A stretch of DNA of 63,787 bases, filler included, from Lenisia limosa (GCA_001655205.1; 11 parts of 11 records of this genome joined end to end with filler, not necessarily neighbours in it); one strand, 5' to 3'. Shown: positions 22,503 to 35,241, counted from the whole stretch's first letter. Notes: generated by a model not told the origin, from the sequence alone. Program-made: numbers and translations.

Positions 22503-23096
22503 CTTTGATTCGAGATCCTTATGGCGACGGATGGTGTCAGGGAAGTGGGAGTTTCCGCCGTCGATGAGAATGTCTCCTGTGGAGGTGTCGTCAACGCGGT
22601 TCCACCCAGTAACAGCACAATAACAGCAAAGGAATGGACTCGGGGGGTTGCAATCCGGGTCAAAAATCCGCCCATACCTTTGCTAAGATGGGGAACGAGG
22701 GAATTGATGGTGGCATCAACAGCGTCTCCAGCCTATTAAAATGATACAGAAGGAGTGGGCAGTAGCAAACCTTTACCATGAACATGATTTTCTTTGGAGA
22801 AGCAAGAGACTCAACAAGCTCCTCGACGGACTTGCATCCAACAATAATGTGTTCCTTTCCACGGCCCTCAACAAATGAGTCGACCTTAGAGGTAGTTCTG
22901 TTATACACTGAGACACGGAAACCATGGTTCGCCATATTGATGACAAGGTTCTCACCCATAACAGCCAATCCTAGATAGATAAGTTACAGTATACGCCTTA
23001 TAGCAGGTTCCCAAAATAAAAACCGAACCCTAACTCACCGACGAGGCCAATGTCACTCTTAGAGGTATCTTCTTTATTGTTATATAATTTTCCCAT
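22503..23096 (-). CDS. PGD: 6-phosphogluconate dehydrogenase (decarboxylating), 5' part
   Basis: Exons 23039-23096, 22771-22970, 22678-22732, 22503-22576 give [35 protein letters not shown]...IMFMVKAGDAVDA...GDILIDGGNSHFPDTIRR. Confidence 0.95.
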
Positions 23097-23317
23097 AATG
23101 AATCGATAATGCTCATTGGAAAATATTTATCACCTTATATAGTTGGACCAGTTGTTTATAGAAAAGTCGAAAAATTGAAAAATCGCCGAGATTAAGCAAG
23201 AGCAATTGAGTCTTTAAATTAATATTTGTGTACATTTGTTATTGGTAGTTATCTGGAAAGACGTAGTTATACTGCTGTTGTGAGTTTTTTTTTTGTTCCT
23301 CCTTTGAAAGGGACACC
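23097..23317. promoter_or_regulatory. Probable bidirectional promoter between PGD and AP3D1
   Basis: 221 bp between divergent start codons on one contig. Confidence 0.55.
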
Positions 23318-24940
23318 ATGTTCGAAAAGAACCTCGCAGATCTTGTTCGTGGTATTAGGTAAGCTGTAGATTGGGGGTTTTCCTTATTTAACCCAGAGCG
23401 GCAAAGAAAAATGAGGTCAACTATATCAACAACTGTATCCAAGAGATCAAAGAAGAGGCTAAGGACCCTGATATCAAGAACAAGTATAATGCGATCAGAA
23501 AGCTTGTCTACGTGAGTTCCCTCGTGAAATTCTGGAACGTTTTTCTCATCATCACAGCTTCACATGATCGGCTATGAAATGAACTGGGCAGCCTTTCATG
23601 TCTTGGAATGCATGACATCAAACAAGTTCCAAATCAAACGTGCCGGCTATCTTGCCGCCTGTCAGTCGTTCAACGCCGACACTGACGTTCTTATGCTTTG
23701 TACTAACCTCATCAAGAAGGTATGTCCACTCCTGTGTCGGATGAAGGTGCTCCTGACTCCTTCATATTGCTATCTTATCACCTTCATCTTGTTATCTTAG
23801 CATCTTCATCTAGTATCCTTTATCTTCCTATTATCCTTTTCATCTTATTTCCATCTTATTTTCCTTTTCATCTTATTAACTATTAATTATCTTTATCTTA
23901 TTATCGCTCATATTATCAATCTAGTGCCCTTTTCCTCATCATCTCCAGAACAGCACAGAGCAATATGCATAACGTTAGAACGCTATCTCATTAGCATCAA
24001 TCAACACCATAGAACAACATTGCGTAGCTATAGAATAGCAGTGCGTAACACTCTAGGACTTCACGGCCAAGTCGCAATACGAGTCTGGTCTGGCCCTTTC
24101 AGCCTTGAGCACACTGGCGACCCCGGACCTGGCTGCTGACCTTATGCAAGACATCCACACGCTTGTCAACTCCTCAAGGTGATTTTGGATATTTAGATTA
24201 AATTCTTTTAAAAAACGTGGTGTAGACGGCTTTGGCGGGATAGCATAGTCCCATATCTCTTTAAGCGTGAGTATGGACGGCTTCGATATTCTAATCCTTT
24301 TATTTCCATATCATAATTTCGAAAGAGTGTATCTGGCCTTATTCTTTCCTATGTTAAATTAGTCCTTTTCATCCTACCCTCTAATTGCTCTTTGGTAGAG
24401 GCTTTTCTTCAATCACGGGTCCTTCGATAAAGGCATGATAAATTTTGATATTACCTGCATTGTTTATAGGCGTGAAACCGCGGTCTTTTCTGATATTTTT
24501 TTTCTTCAAAAATAGAAGAAGAGTGACCGTTGTAAATCTTGGCAGATATTATCAGATTTCCTTGCAGAAATATTGTTCAAAACTTTTCATTGTCAATATA
24601 CTAGATGATATTTGCATATTGTATGGGTACACGAATGTGGTCTCTTGACAGACATAACGTACCTTGTATTTTAATGCCTTTTTTGGAGCAAGAATTGTAA
24701 TAATACGTATATCATATGTATACATTTAGTGAAATCTTGGGAAACGAATAAATACTTATTATTGATAAGAACAAATCGCTTTTTAATTCCTGCTTGACCA
24801 TACATCCCGTTTAATGACTATCAGACCATACATCCGGCAGAAGGCCATCGTTTGTCTCTACAAGTGCATCCTTCAGTACCCCGAGGCCCTGAGACCATCT
24901 TTCCCCAGACTGAGGGAGCGTTTTGATGATATTGAACGTG
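23318..24940 (+). CDS. AP3D1: AP-3 complex subunit delta, 5' part
   Basis: MFEKNLADLVRGIR|...KLVY|LHMIGYEMNWAAFHVLECMTSNKFQIKRAGYLAACQSFNADTDVLMLCTNLIKK|...|RPYIRQKAIVCLYK. Confidence 0.95.
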
Positions 24941-25317
24941 GGGGGTGGTGGTATGCTTTCTCTTATCAACTATTGTGGATCAACTATAGTGGTGGGGCTT
25001 TCTCTTATTATTATTATTATTAGTATTTTTTTTTCATAATTTTTTAATTTAGTATGCAGAAGCGTCTGGTCTGGGCTTTGTTTGTTTTTATTATCAGCCC
25101 TNNNNNNNNNNNNNNNNNNNNNNNNNNNNNNNNNNNNNNNNNNNNTTAATTAATTAANNNNNNNNNNNNNNNNNNNNNNNNNNNNNNNNNNNNNNNNNNN
25201 NGATGGAAAGAGAAGATAAAGAGAGGAGGTCAATTTGAAGAGGAAAGGCAAATAATAGAGAGGGAAAGAGAGTAAGAGTGGGACTTTCAGGGCGGACGGA
25301 TGGAATCGAGCTATTTC

Positions 25318-26908
25318 ACCAATTTGGAGATGGCTGAGCCGCAGACAAAACAACTGCCGCTGTTGCTTTCGAGGGAGCTTTTCCAGCAGCTTTCACAGCC
25401 TGGAGGGGGTGGGTAAATAGAATACTTATGAAAAAACGAACAAAAAAAAACAACTCTTTTGGTTGACAACACGCGGTAAAACGAAGGAAATTAAAAAAAA
25501 AACTAGACAACAAAAAAAAAAANNNNNNNNNNNNNNNNNNNNNNNNNNNNNNNNNNNNNNNNNNNNNNNNNNNNNNNNNNNNNNNNNNNNNNNNNNNNNN
25601 NNNNNNNNNNNNNNNNNNNNNNNNNNNNNNNNNNNNNNNNNNNNNNNNNNNNNNNNNNNNNNNNNNNNNNNNNNNNNNNNNNNNNNNNNGAGCAAACAAA
25701 CAACAAAATACTCTCCCCTTCAATTCTCCATTTACCCCCACCCTCAATTTGGCAAGTAGGGCACTTCCGACTGTTAGTAACGGCATTTGTGCAAATAGAG
25801 CATGGGGGAGCCTGAGGTATAAAAATATTGCAGGTTTTTTTTTATTTTATGAGGGGGAGAGGAGGGTATTAGAGTTTTGGAGGCTTAAAAATGCAACTTT
25901 TTTTTTGGGGTGGGGTGGAGGGGTATAAGGGCCCCTACGGTCCGAAAAAGACCGGTAAAATATCGATAGAATCGAGGATTTATCAAGAAATCAGTCTTTT
26001 TTGGGACAGTAGGAAAGCCTTCGGTGTTCTGGAGTGTGCAATTCCGACGCACATGAAAAAAGCTCTCCCCCCCCCCCCCCCCCCCCCCNNNNNNNNNNNN
26101 NNNNNNNNNNNNNNNNNNNNNNNNNNNNNNNNNNNNNNNNNNNNNNNNNNNNNNNNNNNNNNNNNNNNNNNNNNNNNNNNNNNNNNNNNNNNNNNNNNNN
26201 NNNNNNNNNNNNNNNNNNNNNNNNNNNNNNNNNNNNNNNNNNNNNNNNNNNNNNNNNNNNNNNNNNNNNNNNNNNNNNNNNNNNNNNNNNNNNNNNNNNN
26301 NNNNNNNNNNNNNNNNNNNNNNNNNNNNNNNNNNNNNNNNNNNNNNNNNNNNNNNNNNNNNNNNNNNNNNNNNNNNNNNNNNNNNNNNNNNCCCTTTTCT
26401 CCCATTTGTTTTATAAATTTCCCATTTTCATCATCTGCTGACCTCANNNNNNNNNNNNNNNNNNNNNNNNNNNNNNNNNNNNNNNNNNNNNNNNNNNNNN
26501 NNNNNNNNNNNNNNNNNNNNNNNNNNNNNNNNNNNNNNNNNNNNNNNNNNNNNNNNNNNNNNNNNNNNNNNNNNNNNNNNNNNNNNNNNNNNNNNNNNNN
26601 NNNNNNNNNNNNNNNNNNNNNNNNNNNNNNNNNNNNNNNNNNNNNNNNNNNNNNNNNNNNNNNNNNNNNNNNNNNNNNNNNNNNNNNNNNNNNNNNNNNN
26701 NNNNNTAAAATTGGAAAATTTAAGAAAGAATGATGAAAACATTCAGTAAATTGAGAACAAATTCTGTGGAAGTCAAGAGAATAGAATTTCAAGAAAGTCA
26801 TATTAAAACATTATTGTAAATTCCGAGCAAACCAGTTGGAAAACAACATCTTCGGATGTATGGCTTTTGGCATTTCTGTAGAGTTACGGGAGTGTGGGCG
26901 ATTGCTGT
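25318..26908 (-). CDS. Probable RING/zinc-finger protein, fragmentary
   Basis: Exons reading ICTNAVTNSRKCPTCQIE and CESCWKSSLESNSGSCFVCGSAISKL; much of the region is N. Confidence 0.5.
25928..26020. mobile_element. MITE subfamily with TIR AGGCTT(T/C)CCTACGGTCC (copies ~6686-6765, 17675-17710, 18633-18672, 20189-20277, 37731-37815)
   Basis: AGGGCCCCTACGGTCC...GGGACAGTAGGAAAGCCT imperfect inverted ends; same internal core as the CTTCACTTCGG family. Confidence 0.75.
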
Positions 26909-27228
26909 AAAGAGAAATGTATGGAACATGTCAATCAAAATTGGGAAACTTATGAATCAAAAAAAATGCCCAAAATCATCACTTTGTTGGCTGACAACAC
27001 ACAAGGGTTAATAACAACANNNNNNNNNNNNNNNNNNNNNNNNNNNNNNNNNNNNNNNNNNNNTTAATTAATTAANNNNNNNNNNNNNNNNNNNNNNNNN
27101 NNNNNNNNNNNNNNNNNNNCTGGGCTTTGTTTGTTATTTTCAACCCTTGTATATTGCTAGCTAGCCAACAAGGTTGAATCTATCTCCTTTTTTTTGTATT
27201 TCATAGACGTTCTAGTTTTACACCCCCT

Positions 27229-30200
27229 TCAGCCGGAACAGGAGCGTCAGTTGCTGCGTCTCTGTTGGTGTCCCCATCCCTGGACACTCTCCAGCTCATT
27301 ACTCAAGACTTTCCCCTTTCCCCAATCAAGGTTTGTTAGGGTACACAGATTTTGTTTGGAGAAATTGCGTCATATCATGTACCCTCTACAGTATTATAAA
27401 AGGTATTCGCAATATTATGATTTAGCACAGTTGCCCGGGATACAGGCTACTTACCACATTTAGAAAGTCACCTTACCATATTTAGAAGGTGACCTGGGAA
27501 ACTGTCGCCGATTTCAGCGTAGGCTTCGCTGGTAACTCCACGCGTCTTGTGGACATCTTGATTACAGCCGTGTCATCAAGCCCTGAGTTTGGGGGAGGGG
27601 AGGGTGGATCTCAATAGTTTTTGTTTTTTTGTGTGTTGTTTTATTAAAATTCCATTTATTTAGCTCCGTCAGGGATATGAAATCTTTGTCATCCACATAA
27701 TTCCTAAATCTCCCTTTTCACCCCATTGAGTGGGTGCTGCAGAAGCGACTGGCCTGNNNNNNNNNNNNNNNNNNNNNNNNNNNNNNNNNNNNNNNNNNNN
27801 NNNNNNNNNNNNNNNNNNNNNAGTTGATTTTTGTGTTTCATAGATTGTCCAATCCTCCTCCCCCAATGCAGTTATTCTTAGTTTGGTTATTTTTGAATAG
27901 TTGCCAAAATTTTCCGTGTTACCCCCTCTCCCCAGTATTTTGATTATGAACCCGTCGATCTTGCTGGGAGCCGAACAGAATATGGCTGTTTTCTCGGGCA
28001 TGGTACTTCATGGTATTCCTAACACTGACTGTTGGGAGGGGTATATGGCGCTTCATTAACACTGTGTTGGGAGTGCCATTTGCTTTTTTCGTTTTTTTAT
28101 TTTTTTTCAAGATACTCAAAGCCAATTTGTCTGATCCAAGTAAAATTGACCCATAAACATAGATTAATGAATGAAAAATCTTCTCATTTGGAACCTGCAG
28201 TAGTCGATTGTCTTTTCCTCACACCGTAGTTGACCTTTATTTCACGGGCACTGGAGGTGTACAGTCTACAACCAAGCTGTCACTCTCGGTATGTACCACT
28301 GCTAGAGGTTCACTCTGGCTTGAAAAGACCGATAAAACTCGATATCTTTCGAGGATTTCTGAGATGTGCGTCTTTTATCGAACCGACTTAGAACTGAGCC
28401 AATGAAGCTAGTGGCGTATATACCTGCCAAAGCGTGGTCCAATACATGATTAAATGTATTCTATATGTAATCAGCAGATGATATGTATAGCTATGTAACA
28501 TTGCATATGTATGTATGTACGTACAGTGACGGGATAAGTCTTGACTGATTCACCATATGATTTTCCAAGGCTTATCCTGGTCACTGTATATTGTATAGTC
28601 TTTGATGTATAATTAATTGTCGGCCTGAGCCCATAACGCATAAATTTATTAACTAATGGTTTTTAGATGGCGTCATGCTCCGAAATTGCGGCCAACGCTA
28701 TCACTGATGAGGATACCCGTGGGAACAAGGGGAAGTTCTGCAATAATTTACAATAATAGGGTTTTCCCCGACTAAATATTGAGATTTAACGAGAATGCCG
28801 TATTATGCTTTGATATGATGTGTTCTTGTGATTTTTTTTTTTTTTTTTTTTTTTNNNNNNNNNNNNNNNNNNNNNNNNNNNNNNNNNNNNNNNNNNNNNN
28901 NNNNNNNNNNNNNNNNNNNNNNNNNNNNNNNNNNNNNNNNNNNTTTCTGGTGAAGATTTATGAGAAGAGTTTCCCTTGTGTCTGTTTCTTTAAACTTATT
29001 CAGACAATTAACTATTGAATATTTAGCATGTCACATTATATACTGAATGAAATAGCTATTGTATGGACATCATTCCTCATCTAGTTACAGATACTATCAT
29101 CTACTGTGCCACTGACCCCACAGATATGTGCACATGTAGCCCCGGAATGGAGGGTGTTATTGAGGGCACTTTCCTCAGAGAATGTCGCAATTGTACTGAA
29201 GGACTTGTTAAAACTACTAACGTGAGGGGCATATATGCTTCCATATTTGCTCCTTTCCTGATCCCTATTCTCCTATGGTGTTTATGTCATATGAGTCTTG
29301 TTCTGAGCGGTCTCGCAAATTGCTACTGTCATCATATTTAGGGCACCCAAGGATGCACTGCTTGCGGTTCATACAAAGTGGGATGGGGATCGTATATGAG
29401 AATAGGGGAGGAAGTGGGGATATAATNNNNNNNNNNNNNNNNNNNNNNNNNNNNNNNNNNNNNNNNNNNNNNNNNNNNNNNNNNNNNNNNNNNNNNNNNN
29501 NNNNNNNNNNNNNNNNNNNNNNNNNNNNNNNNNNNNNNNNNNNNNNNNNNNNNNNAAAGATTGAATTTCTCGATGAATCTTCGAAAATTATCGATATTTT
29601 ACCGGTATTTTTGAACCGAAGTGAAGCCCTACTTATTATACAGGAAGCCTCATCAACCTCAACCTGCCAATGTCAGGAGGGCTTTGTAGAAGAGGACGGG
29701 TCGTGCGAATGTATCAAGGGTGGGGTTGTGGGATTGGTTGTTTGCAGTGATCNNNNNNNNNNNNNNNNNNNNNNNNNNNNNNNNNNNNNNNNNNNNNNNN
29801 NNNNNNNNNNNNNNNNNNNNNNNNNNNNNNNNNNNNNNNNNNNNNNNNNNNNNNNNNNNNNNNNNNNNNNNNNNNNNNNNNNNNNNNNNNNNNNNNNNNN
29901 NNNNNNNNNNNNNNNNNNNNNNNNNNNNNNNNNNNNNNNNNCCCTTCCAGGCGAATCTCTGGTGAGTGACAAGTGCCAGCCCTGTAGTATCGGATTCTAC
30001 AAGACCGAACAGAGCCTTGACGCATGTTTGCCTTGCCCGACTAACAAGTGAGGAGGGGAGTATTCTAGTATGGGTTTGTGTAGTTTACAGAGTTCCGTTT
30101 TTGTGGAGGTTACAATCTGGAATGATTTGTGCTGGTGCTGAAGAAGCTTTTACTGCGTGTTTATCACTTTTATTTTGAACATGTTGCTATTCATCTCTTA

Positions 30201-32600
30201 TTCCTCATAGAATTGATTTTGGGGGTTTTACACAATTCTCATTACCCTCCATAGCCATTAATTGTCATGATCCCCTAATTGACTAATGACAGGGATACTC
30301 TGACAGAAGGATCCTTCTCCATCAACAGTTGTCGCTGTATGGCTGACTACTACCTACAAGGTGAGCCTACCTGTTTTGGGGTGATCAAAGGGGTTAAATA
30401 CCATTTAAGCAAAATGGGTAAATATATATAAAAAAAACTAGAGATTCTTAACAAAACAAAGAGTTTAAAAAAGATTGTAATTTGTTTACTGTACGCTGGA
30501 GTGATGGGATGCGGAGCAGATACGACTGGCTTGGGCTTTGTTTGTTGTGTTGTTATCAACCCTCGTGTATTGTTGTCANNNNNNNNNNNNNNNNNNNNNN
30601 NNNNNNNNNNNNNNNNNNNNNNNNNNNNNNNNNNNNNNNNNNNNNNNNNNNNNNNNNNNNNNNNNNNNNNNNNNNNNNNNNNNNNNNNNNNNNNNNNNNN
30701 NNNNNNNNNNNNNNNNNNNNGAAAGATTCGCTTTTGGTGGCACACTACGCTTATAATATTCGGTCTTAAACCATTTGCTTCAAGAAGTCAGTCCCAACAA
30801 CTTACTTGGTAAATTAGGTGACGAGTCGCCCGAGGATGAATGCACTGCATGCCCAGCGGGCGGTTTTTGTGCAGGTGGGGGTCGGTAGTATTAGTGTGTA
30901 TAGCGTATGTATGATGTGTAAAGTGTTGTCTGGGAGGCACGCAGAAAGCTGTGTGCACAGAGTTGTATATTATTTAGTGTGTACAGCATGTATGGTGTGA
31001 ATAGCGTCTGTGGGATGCGTGGGTGTTGACTTCTTGTCTGAGATGCGTGGGTGTTGACTTCTTGTTTGAGATGCGTGGGTGTTGACTTCTTGTGTGAGAT
31101 GCGTGGGTGTTGACTACTTTTGTGGGATGCGTGGGTGTAATATTTACCTATTTGTGTATGTGTAGGAAGTGGTATTATCTTATTGTGGGGTTGGAGGGGA
31201 GGAGTAGCTCAGTGTGTCTGTGTGACATTATGACTTGCGAATGGTTTGTTCGATGTACAGATCTGTAAGACAAATAGTGATGGTTTCATTATTATATACT
31301 AAAATCGAATAATATATCTGATAAGGTTGATGTGTTGTATGTATGTACTTGTGGACAATCATCAGATCAGCGACCACTCTGGCCAATCTAACTTCGCTTT
31401 AGGCGGACAATCTTCCCCCGTACCTGATAACGGCTTCTTTCTTTCCAATGAAGATAGGGTAGGACTGCGTAAAAGTGGACGGAAAATCTATTATTATTTT
31501 CCAGAATCATTCACTAATTCTGTCTTCTATGAGACTCAAAATATGATGAAACAAAGCCGATATGAAACCCCCCCCTCTCTCTCTCTCCCTCTCTATACCA
31601 ACCCTTCCCCTTTGGTTTACCTTGCAACCATATACTGTACCCACACTTTCCTTGCTCAATCACGTACGCTGGAGTGATGGGATGCGGTGCTACAGAAGCG
31701 ACTGGACTGGGGGCATTGTTTGTTTTGTTGTTATCAACCCTCGTGTGTTGTCAGCCAAGAGCTTTTTTGTGTCTTAAATTTTCCAATTTTACCCCCCCTA
31801 GGTATACCTTGCATGCCCCAACACAGACGCCTGTGTCCAAGGCGGAGAATGTGGCGAGGGATACACCGGCAGATTCTGTGCGGAGTGTCAGGAAGGGTGA
31901 GCGGGAGAACATGGGGTAATGTCGATCGTATTTATTGGTGATAATTCCAGATAAATAAAACAATATTAACATGCATAGGGGAAAGGGTCCTGCTGAACAT
32001 TCCATCATTAACCCCCCTTTGTTTTGTTGCTATCAACCCTTGTGTGTTACCAGCAAACAGAGCTGATTTGGGGGGGGGGGGTTGCTTTATAAATGATCCA
32101 ATTTTACCCCCCCCCCNNNNNNNNNNNNNNNNNNNNNNNNNNNNNNNNNNNNNNNNNNNNNNNNNNNNNNNNNNNNNNNNNNNNNNNNNNNNNNNNNNNN
32201 NNNNNNNNNNNNNNNNNNNNNNNNNNNNNNNNNNNNNCAGGACTGAATTGCCTTGAGTGCGGTCCTGCATCAGAATTCCTGCTGCCCCTTCTTTTCTGTG
32301 GGTTGGTAATGGGGGGATGCGTGACATGCTTCTGACTGATTTGTGTATTATTGGATTGATGATTGGGTGAATTAATATCATATGCATACTATAATCCAAT
32401 ATCTCTTATTTTCGTGATGATGCTATTTATTATTATCCCTACAGCTCTCAAGTAAGTACTACTTACCAAAACTTATGTCGTAACTAACGTTCTAGTGGTG
32501 ATGATCATCGTGGTGCTGCTCATCTACAAGTTCTCTTTGAATCCCACAAGGACGCCAAAATGGGGTGCAATCCGAATTGCTTTCAACTTCCTTCGTGGGG
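27229..32600 (+). CDS. Cysteine-rich surface or membrane protein with GCC2/GCC3 (ephrin-receptor-like) repeats, partial
   Basis: Spliced exons CTCSPGMEG...CRNCTEG, CQCQEGFVEEDGSCEC, CQPCSIGFYKTEQSLDACLPCPTNK, CTACPAGGFCAGG, ACPNTDACVQGGECGEGYTGRFCAECQEG. Confidence 0.85.
28524..28586. mobile_element. Tiny TA-flanked Tc1/mariner-type MITE (second copy 43550-43627, partial 22190-22248)
   Basis: TA|CAGTGAC(C)GGGATAAGTCTT...AAG(G/A)CTTAT(C/T)C(T/C)GGTCACT(G/A)|TA. Confidence 0.8.
31008..31137. repeat. 28-bp minisatellite, ~5 copies, intronic
   Basis: TGAGATGCGTGGGTGTTGACTTCTTGT repeated head to tail. Confidence 0.9.
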
Positions 32601-33107
32601 GGGGGGGGGGNNNNNNNNNNNNNNNNNNNNNNNNNNNNNNNNNNNNNNNNNNNNNNNNNNNNNNNNNNNNNNNNNNNNNNNNNNNNNNNNNNNNNNNNNN
32701 NNNNNNNNNNNNNNNNNNNNNNNNNNNNNNNNNNNNNNNNNNNNNNNNNNNNNNNNNNNNNNNNNNNNNNNNNNNNNNNNNNNNNNNNNNNNNNNNNNNN
32801 NNNNNNNNNNNNNNNNNNNNNNNNNNNNNNNNNNNNNNNNNNNNNNNNNNNNNNNNNNNNNNNNNNNNNNNNNNNNNNNNNNNNNNNNNNNNNNNNNNNN
32901 NNNNNNNNNNNNNNNNNNNNNNNNNNNNNNNNNNNNNNNNNNNNNNCAAAACCCATAACACCAACCCAAAAATCCACACAAAATCAAGGAAGCACATATA
33001 TTTCGATNNNNNNNNNNNNNNNNNNNNNNNNNNNNNNNNNNNNNNNNNNNNTTAATTAATTAANNNNNNNNNNNNNNNNNNNNNNNNNNNNNNNNNNNNN
33101 NNNNNNN

Positions 33108-33240
33108 CAAGGGATGATGGTAAAGTGGGCCAAGACCAAGGGATGATGTTAAGGTGGGCCAAGACCAAGGGATGATGGTAAAGTGGGCCAAGGGATGATG
33201 TTAAGGTGGGCCCCAAGACCAAGGGATGATGTTAAGGTGG
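33108..33240. repeat. ~28-bp minisatellite
   Basis: CAAGGGATGATGTTAAGGTGGGCCAAGAC repeated about five times. Confidence 0.9.
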
Positions 33241-35241
33241 TGTGTGGGGTTTAAAGTAGGGGATATTAACATACAGATGAGCCTTAGAATTGTTAACATC
33301 CATACGAGCCTTAGAAATGTTAACATGCAGATGGGCGTTAGAGTTAGTGAGTAAGGAACGTATGAATAGCTGCTATAACCTTCTAGGTAAACGGCAGGAT
33401 GTACAACGTGGGGTTCCACACCGCAGAAGAAGCCAGTCGCTTCTTCCGCCCCCTCGAGTATTCTTTGCATTCTCTTATTGAAGGCTATTTCCTGTTTGAG
33501 GGGCTGGACTTACCTACGGTCCAAAAAAGATACCACCCTTGAGTACCCGTTACATTACCTTATTTCCTGTAATTCAATTCGTATACTTATATCCAGGCTT
33601 TATCCTACTTTTTGATCATTTAACACACTTACCTGTAGATTTATTGAAGAGTTGAACCAGAACTCGTGTCTGCAGATGTGTACGGGGCTCATGAAGACTC
33701 CCACTGCTCTTGTGGGGGGGATCGTCAAATCCTTGTAATTCTTGTTTGACTAACGTTGAGGAGGGGGGGGGGTACTCGAATCCATGTATAAGCTCAACTC
33801 GTCCACTCTTATTAATGACTTTCTCAACTCTTATTTGGGGTTCTCAACTGCTGTTTATAGAGAATGGGTGAATTGAGATTATATAATGATTAAGACTTCA
33901 CTTCGGTTCGAAAAAGGACTGAATTTCTTGACAAATCCTCGAAAACTATCGGTTATTTTTTTGAACCGAAGTGAAGCCCTAATTATGTCCAATATCTCCT
34001 ATTAGCGTGAAGGTTTGGACCGCTTCGGTTAGATACTCCGCTTTTATTTTTACTTCAAACTCAACTACTGCAGCCTTACTCCTCTACCCTTACTTTTATA
34101 TTTGCTCTCAGTACTTAATTTCCTTTTTAGAGAATTGGACAGGCCAAAATCTTCTCTATCCAAGACCCCTTCAATTATGGTAGGTTTTTAGTGCCATTAA
34201 ATGCTCTTTATCTTTTTGTCACATCTTTGGAATAACACGCTTGACGTTGGTCATAAAAAACTGCATTTCCCAATAATTCCTGGATAAATGAAATGCACTA
34301 GTAAGTCACTATTTAGCGAGATCACTGTATGCCAACTTACTTTTTTTTTTCAACATTTTTCACCATATTTGACCTACATTTCAGACCACAATTTGAGCAA
34401 AGTCGTAAGGTTCCATCCGGCTGAGAATGTAGGCTTGGATTTTGAACTACTATTCCAGTTAGCCACGGATCTTTATGATCTTCGTTTCACAAAGACTTTA
34501 TGCAAAAAGGATTTTGATACTTATCGGAAAACCTTATTACATAGCTCTACATGCATATCATTATGAGACATAACTAAGAGCATTTACTCACTATTATCAG
34601 ACGAAAGAAGCAATTAGCACAGCAGTAACAAGTATTCTTTCTTCAAAGGAGCGACGGAGGAATGTACCACAAATGTTCTCTGACCTTGGTGACGTGTCTG
34701 ATGATGACGCCGCAGGTGCTTACTTTAACAACTACTAGATTGTTTACAGGGTATTTGTGTTAATGTTTCCTCTCTTTTTTCATGTTATTGGGTCGTTTTT
34801 TTTGTTGTTTTGTTTTATTTATTTGAATTTTATGGATTTATCTGAAGTGCGTGTTTCAAAGATTCGGTCCTGTGGATCATCTAAAAAAACGTATAGAATT
34901 GAAAAGGCTCAAACCCAATGACTCCACCTCCAGCTCAGAAAAATGTGGAAAAGAATACTGATGTTTAAAGAAAGTGAGTTTGTTCTGCGTGGTCATATTT
35001 GGGTCAGCCATTTAAAAGGAAGACAAACAGAGGGAATCAGTTCAGAAGAACTACATCGCTCATGATACTGATTGAAGAATAAATCCAACTTCCTGCAATA
35101 TTATGGGAGCAAACTTTAAGAGACCGCTCAACTTCGGGGATTGTTTTCAGCCTATTTGCCAATTCACTGAGTGAACATAATGAAGAAAAACAAAATCAAT
35201 TCAGGCAATATCCAAAAAAAGAGAAAACGAACCAAATACTC

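Noticed and set aside
32492-33059. ORFs consisting mostly of X (also 25891-26801, 47388-47756, 63227-63692)
   Set aside because: Open only because N blocks hide stop codons.
34288-35130. Short ORFs (92 aa and fragments) possibly transposase-like
   Set aside because: No recognisable catalytic motif or consistent splicing.
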